A stretch of 64,000 nt of DNA from Candidatus Ozemobacteraceae bacterium. Lineage in GTDB: Bacteria; Muiribacteriota; Ozemobacteria; Ozemobacterales; Ozemobacteraceae. How positions within the stretch are numbered: the stretch's first letter is position 1; the number at the start of each line of letters is the position of its first letter. The position numbers and the translations under genes were made by a program. The notes beneath the pieces were generated by a model. It searched no databases. It saw only the letters and a program-made list of their open reading frames with translations, and had not been told where the DNA came from. Location of the stretch: the NCBI GenBank assembly GCA_965140445.1, contig OZ223236.1:4352001-4416000 (forward strand). Reading direction: 5' to 3'. Shown in pieces: positions 27,812 to 38,164 of this stretch.

Positions 27812-30800
27812 TCAGAAGCGACCTTTCCAACTAATAACTTCGTACATCTCAACAGCCTGGGTTTTACCTTTAACAGCAGTTTCGCTAAGCTGCTCAAATT
27901 CAATGTTTTCCCGAACCAGCTCAAGGGTATATCTGCTAATTATCACATGGGTATATTTGCCATGCTTGCTCATTCCTTCCAACCTGGAAGCAACATTAAC
28001 CGTATCTCCTATAACCGTAAAATCCATGCGCCCTGGCGATCCAATGTTACCGGAGATTAGCTCACCAGAGTTAATACCCACACCAATATAAATCGGAAAT
28101 TTTCCAATCTTTGCTCTTTCTGAGTTAAAAACTTCCAGGGCCTCCATCATTTTGAGTCCGCAATACACGGCTTTGCACGCCAGCTGTTTTTCATCTGAAA
28201 CTTCAACATCGTCGCTGGGAAGGAATTGAGCCATGATTGCATCACCAATAAACTTATCAATGTCCCCGCCCAGATCCTCAATAACCTGGTTCATGCATGC
28301 AAAATATTCGTTTAACAGCCCGACAACATCTTCTGCGCTATTGCTTTCAGAAATAGTTGTAAAGCTTCTGATGTCAGAAAAAAGGATCGATCCTTTAACT
28401 CTCTTCCCGCCAAGCTTTGCAGACTCATCACTCTTTACGGCTTCAACAGCAGACCTGGAAAGATACCGAGACATTCTTTCACGTTCAAGCAACCCCTGAC
28501 TCATGTTGTTAAAGGCACGAGACAGGTCAACCAGTTCATCCTGGCCCGGCAGTGAAAGTTTGGTTTCGAAATTTCCGGACTGGATACTCTCAACCCCTTG
28601 TTTAAGGACGTTTACCGGCAAAATAAGTGCCCGCGCCATAAGGCGGGCAAGAATTATGGCGATAATCAACGAAACACCAAAAATGATAAAAATCAGATTT
28701 CGTAATCGTGCCAGATGCTCTTCTATTTCTTGATAACCATAAAGAGCTACCAACGAACATTCTTTTATTCTAATCGGCTTAAAACTATAGAACAGGCATT
28801 TTCTATTGTTCTGCTCAAGAGTCACAGTTGTTTTTACAGGGATTCCCGCAAATCGGGTAGAATCAGAAAGCTTTCCAACATTTACCGAATCAGTGGAGAC
28901 AGCATTATATAAAAACCAGGGATCAGGCTGATAAGAATCAAGAAAATATCTATTTCCTCCTATTCTGGTTCGGCCATAATAAACCTGAATGTTGTCGCTC
29001 CAAATCTTCTCTTTTGTCATTTTTTCGATCATAAAGCGGATATACATTTTTTCAAAATGATAATCGCGTGACACCATTAACAGAACAAAAGGCCGGTCTG
29101 GCTGGCTTTCCAGATAAAATTCTCCAGCGTAAGTGTACAAAGCTCTATTGGCAAATTTCAGCTCAAAAGCTCGATTTTCACGATTTTTTAGAATAACCTC
29201 GAAGTCCGAGACCTCCATTCCACCGCTCTCTTCGATCATAACGTCCATTAAGCTGGCAGCGCCAAGTTTTCCCTTGCCCCTTAACTTTCCTGAAAATTTT
29301 AATTTCAGCTTTGCCAGGGTAACCATTAAAGGCAATATTCCATCAGCACTTTTCTTTTGAACAGAATCAACAACTATCGGTTCAGCTTCATCATTAAAAA
29401 TGAAAAGGTAGGTTAAATTTGCATCCTCATAACACTTTTCAATAAGCTCTGCTAATTCTTTTGATTTAAGGGCTTTTTTATCAAAAAAATCAATTCCACT
29501 TTTGGCAATATCTTTTCCAAGGTTGTTCCCGATATTTTCCAGTTGCTCAAAACCAAAATCAAAATTTCTCTCGAAATGAACCTTAACTTCCTCAAGCTTT
29601 CTGTAGGCTTCAGCCTCAATTGATTCCTTTCTTTCTCTTAACAATTCAGAGCCAAACTGAAAAATAGCACCAATTGGTATTCCAATTGTCAAAAGAAACA
29701 ATCCAATCATCTGCCATCTTAAACTTAGAGCTATTCCTCCATTTTTTCTGAAAAAGGAAATTATCCAGATTGGCAAACAAATCAACAGGAATAGGAAAAT
29801 TCTCAAAAAGAAAACCTTCCGGTCAAAACTTCTATTTATTTTATCTACGCTTTTATAAGCTACCAGCAGAAGGTTTGAACCAGCCCTCTCAACAGCTATT
29901 GCCAGACTGTCCTTTTCGTAAGTACCAGTAGGCCTTTTAACAAGCCATTTTTTCCATTTCATAACCTCAAGACTTGAAACTGGATAAGGGAGATTTCCCT
30001 CATCGAAGTTTTGCGGATTAACCCATCCAAGGCCGACTCCATCTTTTAACCATTCAAAAGACTTTCTGGCAACAAATATTGAAGGTCCAAAATCATCGGG
30101 AAGCAAGTCCTCATAAATAACAAAAAGATAGCCCCCAATCATTTTGTAAATGTCATCTGCCACACTCATATCAAGATGATCCCACATCATAAAGAGTTTT
30201 CTACTGGTAGAATCCTTAAATTCAAAAAGATCCCTGCCATCTTTAACAAATTCTCTTAGGGGTGTATTTTCACCAAAGAAAAGCCTTAATCTGGGTAAGT
30301 TATCAAGATAACTTTTAACTTTTCTATCAGGAAATTCGTTTGAAATTACTCTGAGAGCAATTGATTCACAGAGGCTTTTAAATGGCCATAAAGGCTTTAT
30401 AGAATCACTTTCTCTTGAATATTTAAAATTGTGGTCCCATTTCAAAATCTTGATCCCCGGGATCAATTTTCTTAATTTTGAAAACCGCTTTTTCAGCTTT
30501 TGACGATAGTGATCAGCAACTGCAATTCCTATGCTATTACCAATTCCAGGAAGGCAAAAAGCATAAGTGCCTGAAACATATTCTTCCAACTTCTGGCTTT
30601 TTTTAATTTTCTCATTTTCAACTAAAAAAGGCTTTAGAAGCTCTTCAATCTGAGTTGCTTTACCCGACTCAATTTTCGCTTTAGCAACCAGAGCTTCAAC
30701 ATGCCTCTTTACATCCGCTTTTTCATTATTTGCAACGGTTTTAAAGGCTGAAACAGCCTGATCGTAGAGAATAATCATTGGCAAAAGCATCAAAATCATG

Positions 30801-30889
30801 AAATATATCATCCAGCTGCTAACTGGAGCAGGCTTTAGTCCAATTTTTGAGTTCTGGCTATCGCAAAAAATATCCTCATAGCGATTCAT
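27812..30889 (-). CDS. Membrane HAMP-class III adenylate/guanylate cyclase
   Basis: TMs and HAMP domain; FSDIRSFT, DKFIGDA and VIGDTVNVASRLE motifs. Confidence 0.92.
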   Translation of the reverse strand: MNRYEDIFCDSQNSKIGLKPAPVSSWMIYFMILMLLPMIILYDQAVSAFKTVANNEKADVKRHVEALVAKAKIESGKATQIEELLKPFLVENEKIKKSQKLEEYVSGTYAFCLPGIGNSIGIAVADHYRQKLKKRFSKLRKLIPGIKILKWDHNFKYSRESDSIKPLWPFKSLCESIALRVISNEFPDRKVKSYLDNLPRLRLFFGENTPLREFVKDGRDLFEFKDSTSRKLFMMWDHLDMSVADDIYKMIGGYLFVIYEDLLPDDFGPSIFVARKSFEWLKDGVGLGWVNPQNFDEGNLPYPVSSLEVMKWKKWLVKRPTGTYEKDSLAIAVERAGSNLLLVAYKSVDKINRSFDRKVFFLRIFLFLLICLPIWIISFFRKNGGIALSLRWQMIGLFLLTIGIPIGAIFQFGSELLRERKESIEAEAYRKLEEVKVHFERNFDFGFEQLENIGNNLGKDIAKSGIDFFDKKALKSKELAELIEKCYEDANLTYLFIFNDEAEPIVVDSVQKKSADGILPLMVTLAKLKLKFSGKLRGKGKLGAASLMDVMIEESGGMEVSDFEVILKNRENRAFELKFANRALYTYAGEFYLESQPDRPFVLLMVSRDYHFEKMYIRFMIEKMTKEKIWSDNIQVYYGRTRIGGNRYFLDSYQPDPWFLYNAVSTDSVNVGKLSDSTRFAGIPVKTTVTLEQNNRKCLFYSFKPIRIKECSLVALYGYQEIEEHLARLRNLIFIIFGVSLIIAIILARLMARALILPVNVLKQGVESIQSGNFETKLSLPGQDELVDLSRAFNNMSQGLLERERMSRYLSRSAVEAVKSDESAKLGGKRVKGSILFSDIRSFTTISESNSAEDVVGLLNEYFACMNQVIEDLGGDIDKFIGDAIMAQFLPSDDVEVSDEKQLACKAVYCGLKMMEALEVFNSERAKIGKFPIYIGVGINSGELISGNIGSPGRMDFTVIGDTVNVASRLEGMSKHGKYTHVIISRYTLELVRENIEFEQLSETAVKGKTQAVEMYEVISWKGRF

Positions 30890-30907
30890 ATTATAGTCCT
30901 GAAATTT

Positions 30908-32098
30908 CTACTTTTTCGCTGGCTTAACAAAGTCTTTAATTCTCGCTTTTACAATCGATCCGTTTCCAAACTTTTCTTTTATTTGATCTAAAGTTAAGTC
31001 CAGTTTCTTGTCACAGCCAGTTTTATCCTCAAATAATCCTGGCTGTGCGGGAACGTCGGTCAAATTTGATCCACTCACCCCAATTAATCTCACTTTTTTT
31101 TCCAGTTTTATGGATCGAAAAAGTTCAATGGCAGTTTCAAAAATTATTTTACCACTGCAGGTCGCGTCTTTTAATGATTTATTTCTTTGAATTGTGAAAA
31201 AATCCGAATATTTAAGCTTCAATGATATTGTTTTACAGTAGAGTTTATGCTTTCTCAACTCGCTTGCAACTCTTTCTGATTGGTGGAGTAGCCAGGTTTC
31301 AAGGACTTCAATATCTCCTGTATCATCAGGAAGAGTATTCTCTGCGCCAAACGAATGGGCATCCCGCGAAGGATTTACGCATCCTGTAGCATTGCCCTGG
31401 GCTTTTTTGTATAAGGCAACTCCAGGCTGGCCCAAGTGCTTAAACCAAAATTCTTCACTCTGTTTTAACAAATCTGTTGCAAAAATAATTCCAAAGCGAT
31501 CTAGCTTTTCCTTTGTTTTAGGACCTACACCCGGGATTTTTTTTACAGGAAGCTGACTCAAAAAAGATGAAACGTCCTCATTTTTTATTATGCAAAAACC
31601 ATTTGGCTTATTTTGGTCTGATGCTATTTTGGCGAGAAACTTCAGAGGAGCAATGCCAATCGAACAGGTTAAGCCTGAAACCTCATGAACCCGTCGTTTT
31701 ATCTCATTTATCAAATTTATATCTTCAGGCCATAAACGCTCAGTGCCTGTCATGTCTAAATAGGCCTCGTCAACACTAACCTGCTCAATGATTGGAGAAA
31801 AGCTTTCCAAACATGCCATGATCTTTTTTGAAATTTCTTTATAGAGCCCCATTCGAACTGGCAGAAGAATAAGTTCAGGGCAGAGCCTTTTCGCCTGGCT
31901 AACAGGCATTGCGGAATGAATTCCAAAAACTCTTGCCTCATAAGACGCAGCAGAAACCACACCCCGCATGCTTCCACCAATAGCTACAGGCTTTCCCTTA
32001 AGTTCAGGAGCGAGATTCTGCTCAACGGATGCATAAAAAGCATCCATATCGATATGAAGAAATTTCTTCTGTTTTAGCTGAAGTTTTGGATTTTCCAT
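30908..32098 (-). CDS. dinB: DNA polymerase IV
   Basis: HIDMDAFYASVE, SYEAR, SVDEAY and KIASDQNKPNG motifs. Confidence 0.95.
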   Translation of the reverse strand: MENPKLQLKQKKFLHIDMDAFYASVEQNLAPELKGKPVAIGGSMRGVVSAASYEARVFGIHSAMPVSQAKRLCPELILLPVRMGLYKEISKKIMACLESFSPIIEQVSVDEAYLDMTGTERLWPEDINLINEIKRRVHEVSGLTCSIGIAPLKFLAKIASDQNKPNGFCIIKNEDVSSFLSQLPVKKIPGVGPKTKEKLDRFGIIFATDLLKQSEEFWFKHLGQPGVALYKKAQGNATGCVNPSRDAHSFGAENTLPDDTGDIEVLETWLLHQSERVASELRKHKLYCKTISLKLKYSDFFTIQRNKSLKDATCSGKIIFETAIELFRSIKLEKKVRLIGVSGSNLTDVPAQPGLFEDKTGCDKKLDLTLDQIKEKFGNGSIVKARIKDFVKPAKK

Positions 32099-32188
32099 TA
32101 TTCACATAATACAATCAGCTTTTCCAAGCTTCAATTATGTTATAATCAAAACCCACATCTTCTCATTTTTTGTTGCAAGGAGACAAAT

Positions 32189-32956
32189 ATGACAAAAAAT
32201 ATAGCCCCAAAGTATCTTGAAAAAATGAATACCGTAGAGGTCGAAAGCTTCCTTGCTTCAGAAGGTCCACTTTTTATCCCTATTGGCACTTTAGAAGCGC
32301 ATGGCCGGCACCTCCCAGTTGGAACCGACACAATCTGCGCAAACGGAATCTGTGAAGAGCTCAGCATGAGATTCAATGGGGCAATAGCTCCCGCTCTTGG
32401 CTATGGAATAACAAATTCTCTAATTCAAACCAGCCCGGGATCATTTTTTGAATCAGATTTGTTTGAAAATTTTGTTCAAGCAATTGTGGATGGTTTTTAT
32501 TTACAGGGCTTCCACAAGATAATTCTGGTTAATGGCCACGGTGGAAACTGCGAAGTTTTGAAAAAAATTATCAGAAATACCTCCAGAAGCAAATCAATTG
32601 CTATCTCCGTGATTCACTGGTGGGTGCTTTCAGGGGACTTTGTTCCTCAGGTTTACTCAGACAAACCAGGTGGACATGCGGCTATTGAAGAAACTGCAGC
32701 AATTCTTTATTTCGCCCCTGAACTGGTGAAAAAAGAAAATTTTGATTCTAAAACCGACTGCTACCAACCAAATGATGGAATATGGCTGTTTCCACCTCCA
32801 GGAGAAGTTCTGCTGGATAATTACCATGAAGGCGAACCAAATTTTGACCAGAACAAAGCAAATGAATTTATGAAAACTGTTTTAAAAGACCTTGAAGACA
32901 GACTTTCACGATGGCTAAACAGTATCCCGCGCCTGAAAGGTGGACTTAGACCATGA
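32189..32956 (+). CDS. Creatininase/amidohydrolase family protein
   Basis: PIGTLEAHGRHLPVGTD, NGHGGN and HAAIEET motifs. Confidence 0.9.
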   Translation: MTKNIAPKYLEKMNTVEVESFLASEGPLFIPIGTLEAHGRHLPVGTDTICANGICEELSMRFNGAIAPALGYGITNSLIQTSPGSFFESDLFENFVQAIVDGFYLQGFHKIILVNGHGGNCEVLKKIIRNTSRSKSIAISVIHWWVLSGDFVPQVYSDKPGGHAAIEETAAILYFAPELVKKENFDSKTDCYQPNDGIWLFPPPGEVLLDNYHEGEPNFDQNKANEFMKTVLKDLEDRLSRWLNSIPRLKGGLRP

Positions 32957-33201
32957 CAGAAGTAGAAACCCCACTCTGGGTTACCTATGGAGCCGATATT
33001 TTCTTTCTCGTGCTCTTCCTTGTAGTATTCTTTTTTATGAAACCAGCACCTGATTCAGAAACAGAAGCCTCTTCTGATGGATCAGAAGAACCCAATCCAT
33101 TGGAAAAAATCCTGGTTACAGAAAATTCTTCCGACACAATTGCCGAAGAAGAAATTTCAAACCAGGAAGTTGGTGAGAATAGCATTGAAAACAAGAAGTA
33201 A
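32953..33201 (+). CDS. Small single-TM protein with acidic tail
   Basis: ATGA overlap with the upstream gene; hydrophobic N-terminus. Confidence 0.6.
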   Translation: MTEVETPLWVTYGADIFFLVLFLVVFFFMKPAPDSETEASSDGSEEPNPLEKILVTENSSDTIAEEEISNQEVGENSIENKK

Positions 33202-33211
33202 GAAAAGTTGC

Positions 33212-33242
33212 AAAAAAAAATTCCCCGGTTGTTGCCAGGGAA
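33212..33242 (-). terminator. Minus-strand intrinsic terminator
   Basis: Minus strand UUCCCUGG-loop-CCGGGGAA followed by a U tract. Confidence 0.75.
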
Positions 33243-33375
33243 CTGGACCTTCGCAGCAATTCTATAAATTTATAACCAACCTTTTGAGACAGCGGAATCG
33301 AGTGCGGTTTTTTAACCTCTACGATAAGTTAGAATTGCTACTTCGGCCACTCAAGTCGCGTCAAGGGTTACCTTG
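33212..33375 (-). ncRNA. Candidate structured non-coding RNA (family unknown, 5' end uncertain)
   Basis: Long stem with a GAA/GAA internal loop, a 5' hairpin and an orphan minus-strand terminator. Confidence 0.5.
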
Positions 33376-33573
33376 CAAATTAAGTAGTATCCTGATCATT
33401 CCTTTCGTCCTGACTATTCAACTACGCAATTAATAAAAGCAATTATGATGCCAACTAATTATTATTCTAGTGAATCCTCTTTAACAGAGACTTTTTTAAC
33501 AAATCATAGCTTAACCTGGCTTTTTAACAATGAGGTTAAAAAACCTCAAACAATTTAAATGTGAGAAGATAAA

Positions 33574-34569
33574 ATGCTTAGACAGAATCCTATTACAAAA
33601 CAATGGGTGATTTTCGCTCCTGAAAGAGCAAAGCGGCCCGTTAAGTCCAAGGGCGACTGCCCGGATAATAAAGACAGCTCGAAAAACTGCCCTTTTTGCA
33701 AGGGCCCATCAATAGCCGAAAACGGCGTCTTCTTGTTAAAAGAAACAAAAGATGGGTGGTTTCAATTCGTTCTGGCAAACAAATACCCTGCGCTTCACCC
33801 TGAAAAAGAACCAAACAGATTCAGAACAGAAGCGGGCCTTGCCATAGATGGCTTTGGACTGGCTGAGGTGGTAGTTGAAACAAATCAGCATTTTTCACGG
33901 CTGGCAAACCGCCCCGACTCTGAGATTATTGAACTCTTCAAAACCTATAAAAGCCGCATGACAAAACTATTTGAAGACAAACGTGTAACCCAGGTAATTG
34001 TTTTTAAAAACTCAGGGCCAAGAGCTGGGGCAAGTCAACCGCACCCGCATTCACAGATTTATGCCCTTCCTATTGTTCCGGGTTATATAAGAACCGAAAC
34101 TGAGTGCTGCAGGCGTTTTTATGACGACGAAGGGCTGTGTCCAATTTGCCACACACTTGAAAAAGAGCAAAGAGTTGGCGAAAGGGTAATATTTGCGGAT
34201 GAGAACGTAATTGCTATTTGCCCTTTTGCGGCCCCAATACCATATTCCGTAAATATTTATCCACAAAAACATGTCACCAGCCTAATGCTAATTGAAGACC
34301 AAATTTTAGATTCTCTTGCTATTTGCACAAAACGAGTTTTAAAATCAATGGAAATTCTTTTAGGTGATTTTGACTACAATCTGGTATTTGACTCAGCTCC
34401 ACGCGATGATTGCGATGCGCCATTCTATCATCTTAGACTTAGAATTATACCCAGAATAACAACACCGGCAGGTTTTGAGATAGCGACAGAGATGAATGTG
34501 AATCCATTTCTTCCAGAGAAAACCGCCTTTGAAATAAAACAAGAAATGGAAAACTTGAAAGGTAAATGA
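33574..34569 (+). CDS. galT: Galactose-1-phosphate uridylyltransferase
   Basis: ERAKRP, CPFC, NKYPAL and GASQPHPHSQ motifs. Confidence 0.9.
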   Translation: MLRQNPITKQWVIFAPERAKRPVKSKGDCPDNKDSSKNCPFCKGPSIAENGVFLLKETKDGWFQFVLANKYPALHPEKEPNRFRTEAGLAIDGFGLAEVVVETNQHFSRLANRPDSEIIELFKTYKSRMTKLFEDKRVTQVIVFKNSGPRAGASQPHPHSQIYALPIVPGYIRTETECCRRFYDDEGLCPICHTLEKEQRVGERVIFADENVIAICPFAAPIPYSVNIYPQKHVTSLMLIEDQILDSLAICTKRVLKSMEILLGDFDYNLVFDSAPRDDCDAPFYHLRLRIIPRITTPAGFEIATEMNVNPFLPEKTAFEIKQEMENLKGK

Positions 34570-36032
34570 TGAACCAGGAAAATCAAACTCAGATGGAACA
34601 AGCTAATGAAAAACCGACAGAAGCATTGAACTTTAATATTTTCTCTGAAAAATTGAGAAAGACAATAAAAACCAAGGGCTGGGACAAACCCATGCTCGTT
34701 CAGGCAAAAGTAGCCCCCTTAATGCTTGAAGGAAAAGACACCATTGTTCAGTCCAGAACTGGAAGTGGCAAAACAGCCGCCTTTCTTCTTCCCATAATAG
34801 AAAAACTCCAGGGCTGCCAGACGGGCTGTAAAGCTCTAATTTTAACTCCGACAAGGGAACTGGCCTCTCAGGTTTATAAAGAATTTGCCGAATTATCTGA
34901 AGGTCTTGACTTAATGGGAACCCCGATTTATGGAGGAACCTCTTACCGGCCTCAACTCGACGCTTTAAAAGCCGGAACCAACATTGTAATTGGAACACCT
35001 GGCCGAATTTTAGACCACCTTATTCGTGGCACTCTCCGACTGGACAATCTGAATTTTCTTGTTTTTGATGAAGCAGACGAACTGCTTTCCATGGGCTTTT
35101 TCAAAGACATGGTTAAAATTGGCGATTTCATAAGTAAAAAACCAGTAACAACAATGTTTTCAGCAACAATGCCTGACAGTGTAAGACGTCTGGCAGAAAC
35201 CTTCATGAAGAAGCCAGAATTTCTTGGACTATCAAAAGATGGTGTCCACGTTTCTGAGATGGATCATTTGTTCTACGTTGTTGACGCAATGTCAAAAGAT
35301 AGAATGATGATGAGAATTATCGAGATGGAAGATCCGGATAGTGCGATAATTTTCTGTAACACAAAATCAGAAGTAGAATATCTGGCTGCTTTGATGAAAA
35401 GGTTCGGCTATAACGCTGACCAGCTCAGTGGAGATTTAAATCAAAGAACTAGAGATTCTGTAATGACTAAGCTCCGCTCCGGAGAGTTAAGATTTCTTGT
35501 AGCTACAGATATTGCAGCTCGCGGAATAGATATAAGTAATCTTGAGTATGTGATTATTTATGACATGCACAAAGACTTCTCCCAATATGTCCATAGGGCA
35601 GGAAGAACGGCCAGAGCAGGAAAAAGAGGCGTTGCGATGAGCCTGGTGACAAGTCTGGAAGCGGTAGATTTAAAAAGATTCGCCAAAAGAAATGAAATCG
35701 AGCTAATCGAAAAAACTTTACCAACAGAAGAAAATGTTCAGACACGTCTTTCTGAAAAAATCCTCGCCCGCCTTGAAGCAGAACTAAGAGACGCTTCTTC
35801 TGCCCGCAAAGAAAGAATTTTACGTTACGATAAACTTCTGGAAGAAATCGAAAACCACGAAAATGGTAAGGACTTCATGAAAATGCTTTTGGATGGCTTT
35901 CACCAGGCTCTTATTCGAATGGGCAGGGGCACGCCGTCCCCCGTAAAAAAGGAAGCTCCGATCATTCCAAGTTCAAGCAGACGGCCATTTCATGGGCCAA
36001 AAAGAAGTTCCAATCGAGGTCCAAGAAAGTAA
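34566..36032 (+). CDS. DEAD-box RNA helicase
   Basis: TGSGKT, PTRELA, DEAD, SAT, ARGID and HRAGRTAR motifs. Confidence 0.95.
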   Translation: MMNQENQTQMEQANEKPTEALNFNIFSEKLRKTIKTKGWDKPMLVQAKVAPLMLEGKDTIVQSRTGSGKTAAFLLPIIEKLQGCQTGCKALILTPTRELASQVYKEFAELSEGLDLMGTPIYGGTSYRPQLDALKAGTNIVIGTPGRILDHLIRGTLRLDNLNFLVFDEADELLSMGFFKDMVKIGDFISKKPVTTMFSATMPDSVRRLAETFMKKPEFLGLSKDGVHVSEMDHLFYVVDAMSKDRMMMRIIEMEDPDSAIIFCNTKSEVEYLAALMKRFGYNADQLSGDLNQRTRDSVMTKLRSGELRFLVATDIAARGIDISNLEYVIIYDMHKDFSQYVHRAGRTARAGKRGVAMSLVTSLEAVDLKRFAKRNEIELIEKTLPTEENVQTRLSEKILARLEAELRDASSARKERILRYDKLLEEIENHENGKDFMKMLLDGFHQALIRMGRGTPSPVKKEAPIIPSSSRRPFHGPKRSSNRGPRK

Positions 36033-36155
36033 TCCTTTAAGGATTAGATAAAATTTATTTATCTATTGATACCTGGAAAAAAATATTGTATTTTTTTTCA
36101 TCATTTCTCGTTCTCACATACTTGTGATTACCAAATTTTGTAGGAGAAAAATCTT

Positions 36156-38111
36156 ATGGGTAAAGCAACCAAACACCAATTTAAAACTGAAGCAAAGCAA
36201 TTGCTGGACTTAATGATCCATTCTGTCTATTCCCACAAAGAAATCTTCCTTAGAGAATTGATTTCGAATGCCTCTGACGCACTGGATAAGCTCAGATTTG
36301 AGTCACTGACTAACGAAGATTTAAGAAAACTTACTGATGATCTTCACATCCGCATAAGCAAAGATGAAGATAAGCACACCTTAACCATTTCCGATAATGG
36401 GATAGGTATGAATGAAGAAGACATCAACAAATATATTGGAACCATAGCCAAATCTGGCACAGGCGATTTTGCATCTATGCTTAAGGCTGCAAAAGAGAAA
36501 AAAGATGCACTTCCAGAATTGATTGGACAATTTGGAGTTGGCTTCTATTCAAGCTTTATGGTTGCTGACAAGGTTGAACTTGTAAGTAGAAAAGCTGGAG
36601 AAGAAAAGGCCTGGAAATGGGTTTCTGAAGGCGAAGGTGAATATACCGTCGAAGAAACCACGGCTGAAAGAAACGGAACAACAATTACCCTTTTCCTGAA
36701 TGAAAAATCCGAAGATGACGAAGATTTTCAGGACTTTACAGCTGAATGGGTGATTAAGCAGGTCGTAAAAAAATACTCTGACTTTGTTTCTTATCCAATC
36801 AAAATGCAGATCGAGCGCACAAAAATTGAGCGTGACGAAGATGGAAAGCCAAAAGAAGGAGCTCAGGAAGAAACTATCGTTGAAGACGAAACTCTAAATT
36901 CAATGAAAGCTATCTGGCTCAAGGCTGAAAAAGATGTTACTGAAGAAGAATACAAAGAATTCTATAAGCACATAAGCCACGATTGGAATGACCCGCTGAA
37001 ATGGGTTGCCTATAGAGCGGAAGGTACTTCTAACAATTTTAAATCTTTACTTTATATTCCTGAAAAACCTGGTTTTGACATGTTCATGCCAAATTCAAAT
37101 CGCGGCATAAACCTTTATGTAAAACGTGTTTTCATCATGAACGACTGCGAAGAGTTGATTCCTGAATATCTTCGCTTCGTCAAAGGCGTTGTAGATTCAG
37201 AAGATCTTTCTTTGAATATCTCAAGAGAAATTCTTCAGCAGGACAGACAGATTCAGATTATCCGAAAAGCGGTAACCAAGAAGGTTCTCGACACTCTAAA
37301 AAAACTTATGTCTGATGACAGAGACAAATATTTGCAGTTCTGGAAAAACTTTGGCCTGGTTATAAAAGAAGGACTTTTCAAAGAACCACAGAATAAAGAC
37401 AAAATATTTGACTGCTCACTGTTTAGCTCATCAGCCTCTCCTTCTGATATGTTCACCATTTCAGAATACATTGAGAGAATGAAAGAAGGTCAGGATACCA
37501 TCTACTTTATCACAGGCGAATCCCGTGAAATCCTTGAAAACTCTCCACACCTTGAAGCTTTCAAAGAAAAAGGAATTGAAGTCCTCTATTTAACCGATCC
37601 AGTTGATGAAATCTGGGTTCAGTATTCGACAGAATATAAGGGTAAAAAACTCAAATCAGCAGCCAAAGGTGCTTTGGATTTGGGAACCGAAGAAGAACGC
37701 AAAAAAGAGGAAGAAAACCTTAAAGAAAAAGAAGACAAACTTAAATCTCTTCTTGAACAACTCAAGGGCAAGCTTGGCGAAACAGTAAAAGAAGTAAAGC
37801 TTTCAAGAAGACTTAGCAACTCAGCAGCCTGCCTTGTCGGAGAAGAAGGGGATATGAGTCCACATCTTGAAGCACTGTTAAAGGCCTCAGGAAAAGAGGT
37901 TCCATCAATTAAAAGAACTCTGGAACTTAATCCAGAACACCCTCTGATCGGTAAACTCCAAAGTATATTCGATAAAGATAAAAATGACTCTCGTATTGAA
38001 TCATACGCAGAGCTTCTTTATGGTCAAGCTCTAATAGCAGAGGGAGGTCAGCTTGCTGATCCTTCTTCTTTCAATAAAAAACTCACAGAATTAATGGTTA
38101 ACTCACTCTAG
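36156..38111 (+). CDS. htpG: Hsp90 chaperone
   Basis: YSHKEIFLRELISNASDA, IGQFGVGFYS and LNISREILQ motifs. Confidence 0.97.
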   Translation: MGKATKHQFKTEAKQLLDLMIHSVYSHKEIFLRELISNASDALDKLRFESLTNEDLRKLTDDLHIRISKDEDKHTLTISDNGIGMNEEDINKYIGTIAKSGTGDFASMLKAAKEKKDALPELIGQFGVGFYSSFMVADKVELVSRKAGEEKAWKWVSEGEGEYTVEETTAERNGTTITLFLNEKSEDDEDFQDFTAEWVIKQVVKKYSDFVSYPIKMQIERTKIERDEDGKPKEGAQEETIVEDETLNSMKAIWLKAEKDVTEEEYKEFYKHISHDWNDPLKWVAYRAEGTSNNFKSLLYIPEKPGFDMFMPNSNRGINLYVKRVFIMNDCEELIPEYLRFVKGVVDSEDLSLNISREILQQDRQIQIIRKAVTKKVLDTLKKLMSDDRDKYLQFWKNFGLVIKEGLFKEPQNKDKIFDCSLFSSSASPSDMFTISEYIERMKEGQDTIYFITGESREILENSPHLEAFKEKGIEVLYLTDPVDEIWVQYSTEYKGKKLKSAAKGALDLGTEEERKKEEENLKEKEDKLKSLLEQLKGKLGETVKEVKLSRRLSNSAACLVGEEGDMSPHLEALLKASGKEVPSIKRTLELNPEHPLIGKLQSIFDKDKNDSRIESYAELLYGQALIAEGGQLADPSSFNKKLTELMVNSL

Positions 38112-38164
38112 AAACGATAACAGCGCCCGCTACGCGGGCGCCCCTCTCTCTTTAAGGAATTAAT

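Noticed and set aside
32099..32188. LexA box upstream of dinB
   Set aside because: Neither CTGT-N8-ACAG nor GAAC-N4-GTTC is present; there is only a short AT-rich inverted repeat.
33077..33433. 118-aa plus-strand ORF
   Set aside because: It overlaps a better-supported gene and the candidate RNA, and has no RBS or motifs.
36033..36155. CIRCE element before htpG
   Set aside because: The TAGATAAA/TTTATCTA inverted repeat does not match TTAGCACTC-N9-GAGTGCTAA.
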